Of a stretch of 32,000 nucleotides of DNA, positions 29,157 to 32,000 are shown one piece after another; positions within the stretch are counted from its first letter, which is position 1, and every line of letters starts with the position of its first letter. Made by a program: the position numbers and the translations under genes. The stretch lies in NCBI RefSeq assembly GCF_017876815.1, contig NZ_JAGIOS010000002.1:780001-812000 (forward strand). The letters are read 5' to 3'. The notes under the pieces were generated by a model. It was not told where the DNA came from and made no database searches. It was given only the letters and a program-made list of their open reading frames with translations. This DNA is from Sinorhizobium meliloti. Lineage in GTDB: Bacteria; Pseudomonadota; Alphaproteobacteria; Rhizobiales; Rhizobiaceae.

Positions 29157-30401
29157 CTACGCCCCCGTCCGCGCCACGACGGGCACATAGTCTTCCAGCT
29201 CCGGCGCGGGGAAATGCAGCGTCGCGCCGATCTCGGCGGAGCGGTAGAGGCCCATCAGGATTTCGACGACCGCCAGGCCGTCCTCGAAGGTTTCGAGCGG
29301 CTTTATCCCCTTGCGGAAGCATTCGACCATGTGGCGGTTTTCGTCCGTATAGCCGTAGACGCCGGCCTCGTCCTCAAGCACCGGCATCAGGCCCTGCTCG
29401 GCATTCTGTTTTTCGACGAGGTCCTCGCCCTCGGTGCCCTGCACGGCCCGCGACAGGAATATCTTCAAGCCGGTGCCGAGCGAATTGTACTCCAGCGCAT
29501 ATTCGGGCCCGAGAAGCTCGAGCTGGATGCGCAGGCCGGCGCCGACATAGGCCCAGGAGGTCGTTGCCTCGATCATCAGTTCGTTGCCCTCCTCGTCCTC
29601 CAGCGCCACGGTGGCGCGGGCGAAATCCTCCGATGGGCGCCGGCGGTAGTCGACATCCTCACCGAAGCGGCGGCGCAGCTCATCGGCATAGCCCGCCCGC
29701 GTCCATTTGAGGTTCGCCACCGTGCCGTTCACCGACTTGACCTTCAGCGAATTGCGGGGGGCACCGGGCGCCGTGAGCAGATGGCGCGCCACCTCGACGC
29801 TGTGGCACATCATATCGGAAAGCACCCCACCGCCCTGCTTGTCGCCCTGCCAGAACCAGGGCTCGTGCGGACCGGCATGTTCTTCCGCGGCGCGTGCGAG
29901 ATAGGGCCGGCCGGTGGTCGAGGCGGCGCGCCGCCAGATGATCTCCTTGCCCCGCAGCACCGGTGTGCAGAAGACCTGGTTTTCGAGATAGCCATGGTTG
30001 AGACCGGCATCCTCGGCCAGGTGCAGCATCTCGCGTGCCTCCGCCACAGTGCGCGCAAGCGGCTTCTCGCAGGCGACCGCAAAGATCTTGCCGCGTCCCG
30101 CCTTGATCTCCCGGTGGAGCGTCCGCATGACGTCGAGCCGGGTGTAGTTCGGCGACAGAATCCAGACCGCATCGACGTCGCCGGCGGACAGGAGCGATTC
30201 GAGACTCTCATGCGCGCGGCACTCGCCGAGATCGAGCGCCTCGACTTCGCTCACGAAGCGCGCGCGGTTTTCGGGATTGCGGCTGTAGACGCCGGTCACC
30301 TCGACATTGCGTACCCCGATGAGCGATTTGAGGTGGAAATGCGCGATAAAGCCGGTGCCGACGAAGCCGACGCGCAAGGTCTGTTTCGGTAATGTGGTCA
30401 T
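29157..30401 (-). CDS. Gfo/Idh/MocA-family NAD(P)-dependent oxidoreductase, 414 aa
   Basis: The N-terminal Rossmann motif is LRVGFVGTGFIAHFH, and the EKP motif is VACEKPLARTVAEA. A strong GGGGAGGAAAGA Shine-Dalgarno precedes the start. Confidence 0.85.
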   Translation of the reverse strand: MTTLPKQTLRVGFVGTGFIAHFHLKSLIGVRNVEVTGVYSRNPENRARFVSEVEALDLGECRAHESLESLLSAGDVDAVWILSPNYTRLDVMRTLHREIKAGRGKIFAVACEKPLARTVAEAREMLHLAEDAGLNHGYLENQVFCTPVLRGKEIIWRRAASTTGRPYLARAAEEHAGPHEPWFWQGDKQGGGVLSDMMCHSVEVARHLLTAPGAPRNSLKVKSVNGTVANLKWTRAGYADELRRRFGEDVDYRRRPSEDFARATVALEDEEGNELMIEATTSWAYVGAGLRIQLELLGPEYALEYNSLGTGLKIFLSRAVQGTEGEDLVEKQNAEQGLMPVLEDEAGVYGYTDENRHMVECFRKGIKPLETFEDGLAVVEILMGLYRSAEIGATLHFPAPELEDYVPVVARTGA

Positions 30402-30454
30402 TCTTTCCTCCCCGATAATGAGCGGCGACTGTCTCCTGCCGCCCGCATGCGCTT

Positions 30455-31456
30455 TCAGATAAGTGGCGGCGCCGTGCTGCCTCGGACTTTCAGAACCGTG
30501 GGCAGCACGATCGGTTCGGCCACCTCCGAGCCGCCCGCCAGAATTCCAAGGAGCACCGCCATGGCGGTGCGGCCGATCTCGGAGCGCGGCTGGCCGACCG
30601 TCGTCAGCGGCGGATAGAAGGCCTTGCTCAGATAGAGATCGTCGAAGCCGACGACCGACACGTCGCCCGGCACGTCGCGTCCGATTCGTCTCAATTCGTG
30701 GACGGCGCCATAGGCCATTTCGTCATTGGCGACGAAAAGCGCCGTCGGCGGATCTGAAAGAGAGAAGAGCGAGCGGCAGCATTCCTCGCCGCTTTCGATC
30801 AGGAAGTCGCCCCGCACCTCGTAGCCGGCTGGAATCGTCAGCCCGGCATCGCGCATCGCCAGGCGAAACCCCTCCCGCCGATAGACGCTCATCGGCTCGG
30901 GAACCGGCCCGGATATATGAGCGATCCTCCGATGGCCGAGTGAAATCAGGTGCTGGACGGCACCGCGGGCCGCGGCGACGTTGTCGACCTGCACATGCGG
31001 CAGGCCCGAGCCCTCGATCATTTCCAGCGCCACCACCACGGGCAGATGGTTCCAGTCGCCGGCGGACGGCAGCTTTCCGGTCATCAGGATCATGCCGTCG
31101 GCATGTCCGTCGCGCAGCATGTTGAAATACTCGGTCTCGCGGGCCGGGTCGTTCTCCGTATTGCCCATCAGCACGGCATAGCCGGCTTCGCGCGCCGTCG
31201 CCTCGACGCCCTTGAGGATGTCGAGGTAGAAGGGATTGCCGACATCGCGCACGACCATCAGCACCGTCATGGACCTGCGGGTGCGCAGATTTCGGGCGCT
31301 GACATTCGGACGGTAATCGAGCTCGCGCGCCAGGTCGAGCACGCGCTGGCGCGTCTCGGCGGTCACCAGCGTCGAAGCGGCAAGGGCGCGCGAGACGGTG
31401 GCCACCGACACGCCCGCCTTCTCGGCGATGTCCTTGATCTTCGGCCGGTCCCTCAT
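30455..31456 (-). CDS. LacI/GalR-family transcriptional regulator, 333 aa
   Basis: I trimmed track ORF 30455..31498 to the ATG at 31456 (MRDRPKIKDIAEKAGVSVATVSRALA, an HTH). This start lies 13 nt after the upstream permease stop. The 31498 start would overlap that gene by 29 nt and remains an alternative. Confidence 0.8.
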   Translation of the reverse strand: MRDRPKIKDIAEKAGVSVATVSRALAASTLVTAETRQRVLDLARELDYRPNVSARNLRTRRSMTVLMVVRDVGNPFYLDILKGVEATAREAGYAVLMGNTENDPARETEYFNMLRDGHADGMILMTGKLPSAGDWNHLPVVVALEMIEGSGLPHVQVDNVAAARGAVQHLISLGHRRIAHISGPVPEPMSVYRREGFRLAMRDAGLTIPAGYEVRGDFLIESGEECCRSLFSLSDPPTALFVANDEMAYGAVHELRRIGRDVPGDVSVVGFDDLYLSKAFYPPLTTVGQPRSEIGRTAMAVLLGILAGGSEVAEPIVLPTVLKVRGSTAPPLI

Positions 31457-31469
31457 CTTCGGCGGTCCC

Positions 31470-32000
31470 TCATGCGCGCATCGCCCGGCCGCGTCCATAG
31501 AACATCATGAGCAGGAGCAGCGTCGCGCCGAACACCATCTGGCGTCCGGACTCCTCGATGTTGATCGTTGTCAGAATGCTCTGCAGGATGACCAGCAGGA
31601 CCGCGCCCGCCATGGTGCCGGTGTAGCCGCCCTTGCCCCCGGCAAGCGATGTGCCGCCGAAGACGACCGCGATGATCGAGGGGAGCATGTACTGCTCGCC
31701 GACATTAGCGAAGGACGTGCCGGAATAGCCGAGCAGGCAGAGTCCGGCGGTCGCGGCGAACATGCCGGAGATCATGAAGAGCGCGATGCGGACGAGCTTG
31801 ACCGGCACGCCCGCCATGTAGGCCGCGTGCTCGTTCGAGCCGATTGCATAGATGCGGTGGCCGAAGACGGTGCGGTTGAGCATGAGCGCCAGGAGGATGC
31901 CGATCACGATCCACAGCCAGATGATGCCGGGAATGCCATAGGCGAGCGGTTGCGTGACGAAGCGCGAGAGCGCGGGCGCGGCCTGGCCGGAGGGAATTCC
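31470..32000 (-). CDS. Monosaccharide ABC transporter permease (RbsC/XylH-type). Only the C-terminal 176 aa are present; the gene runs off the right edge.
   Basis: The track ORF 31470..31907 frame remains open to base 32000 (...IPGIIWLWIVIGILLALMLNRTVFGHRIYAIGSNEHAAYMAGV...). This conserved C-terminal region is typical of the family. Confidence 0.8.
   Translation of the reverse strand, partial: GIPSGQAAPALSRFVTQPLAYGIPGIIWLWIVIGILLALMLNRTVFGHRIYAIGSNEHAAYMAGVPVKLVRIALFMISGMFAATAGLCLLGYSGTSFANVGEQYMLPSIIAVVFGGTSLAGGKGGYTGTMAGAVLLVILQSILTTINIEESGRQMVFGATLLLLMMFYGRGRAMRA

Noticed and set aside
28133-29710. 525-aa plus-strand ORF spanning the SDR domain region and the oxidoreductase 3' end
   Set aside because: It crosses an intergenic region and two well-supported minus-strand genes. 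The C-terminal half is Arg/Pro/Ser low-complexity sequence. The same reasoning applies to 26546..27202, 27413..28129 and 29214..30392.

Overview
High-GC alphaproteobacterial DNA. Gene content and order match what I recall of a Sinorhizobium/Ensifer megaplasmid (pSymB-like), but I cannot verify that without a search. The left half (1-16.4 kb) is ordinary carbohydrate catabolism. It holds an alpha-galactoside locus on the minus strand (agpD' - agpC - agpB - agpA - melA) with a divergent AraC-type activator (agpT). Next come a LacI-type regulator and a lactose-type operon (lacE-lacF-lacG-lacZ-lacK). A vapBC toxin-antitoxin cassette with a near-consensus promoter is wedged between that regulator and the operon. 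The right half (16.4-32 kb) is a mixed accessory and stress block. It contains a ProC-like reductase, a LysR/GST divergent pair, a PNPOx-like flavoprotein, a large-subunit catalase followed 25 bp later by a stand-alone ATP-dependent DNA ligase, a LysR/secreted alpha/beta-hydrolase pair, a ZIP metal transporter, an 847-aa fusion protein, a Gfo/Idh/MocA oxidoreductase, a LacI regulator and the end of a sugar ABC permease. The fusion joins an SDR domain to a 12-13 TM membrane region with a VKOR-like CXXC core flanked by SPW-like repeats. The most interesting signal is the exact architecture GGAAC-N16-GGTT, which fits the EcfG/RpoE2 general-stress sigma promoter type. It occurs three times, always intergenic and correctly oriented, upstream of catalase-ligase, the ZIP transporter and the SDR-VKOR-like fusion. 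This suggests a co-regulated stress module containing an uncharacterised membrane redox protein. Two different families of nested palindromic intergenic repeats are present. I saw no tRNA, rRNA, CRISPR array or transposase. Many long ORFs in the supplied track are antisense shadows of real genes or N-terminal over-extensions, and I trimmed or rejected them.
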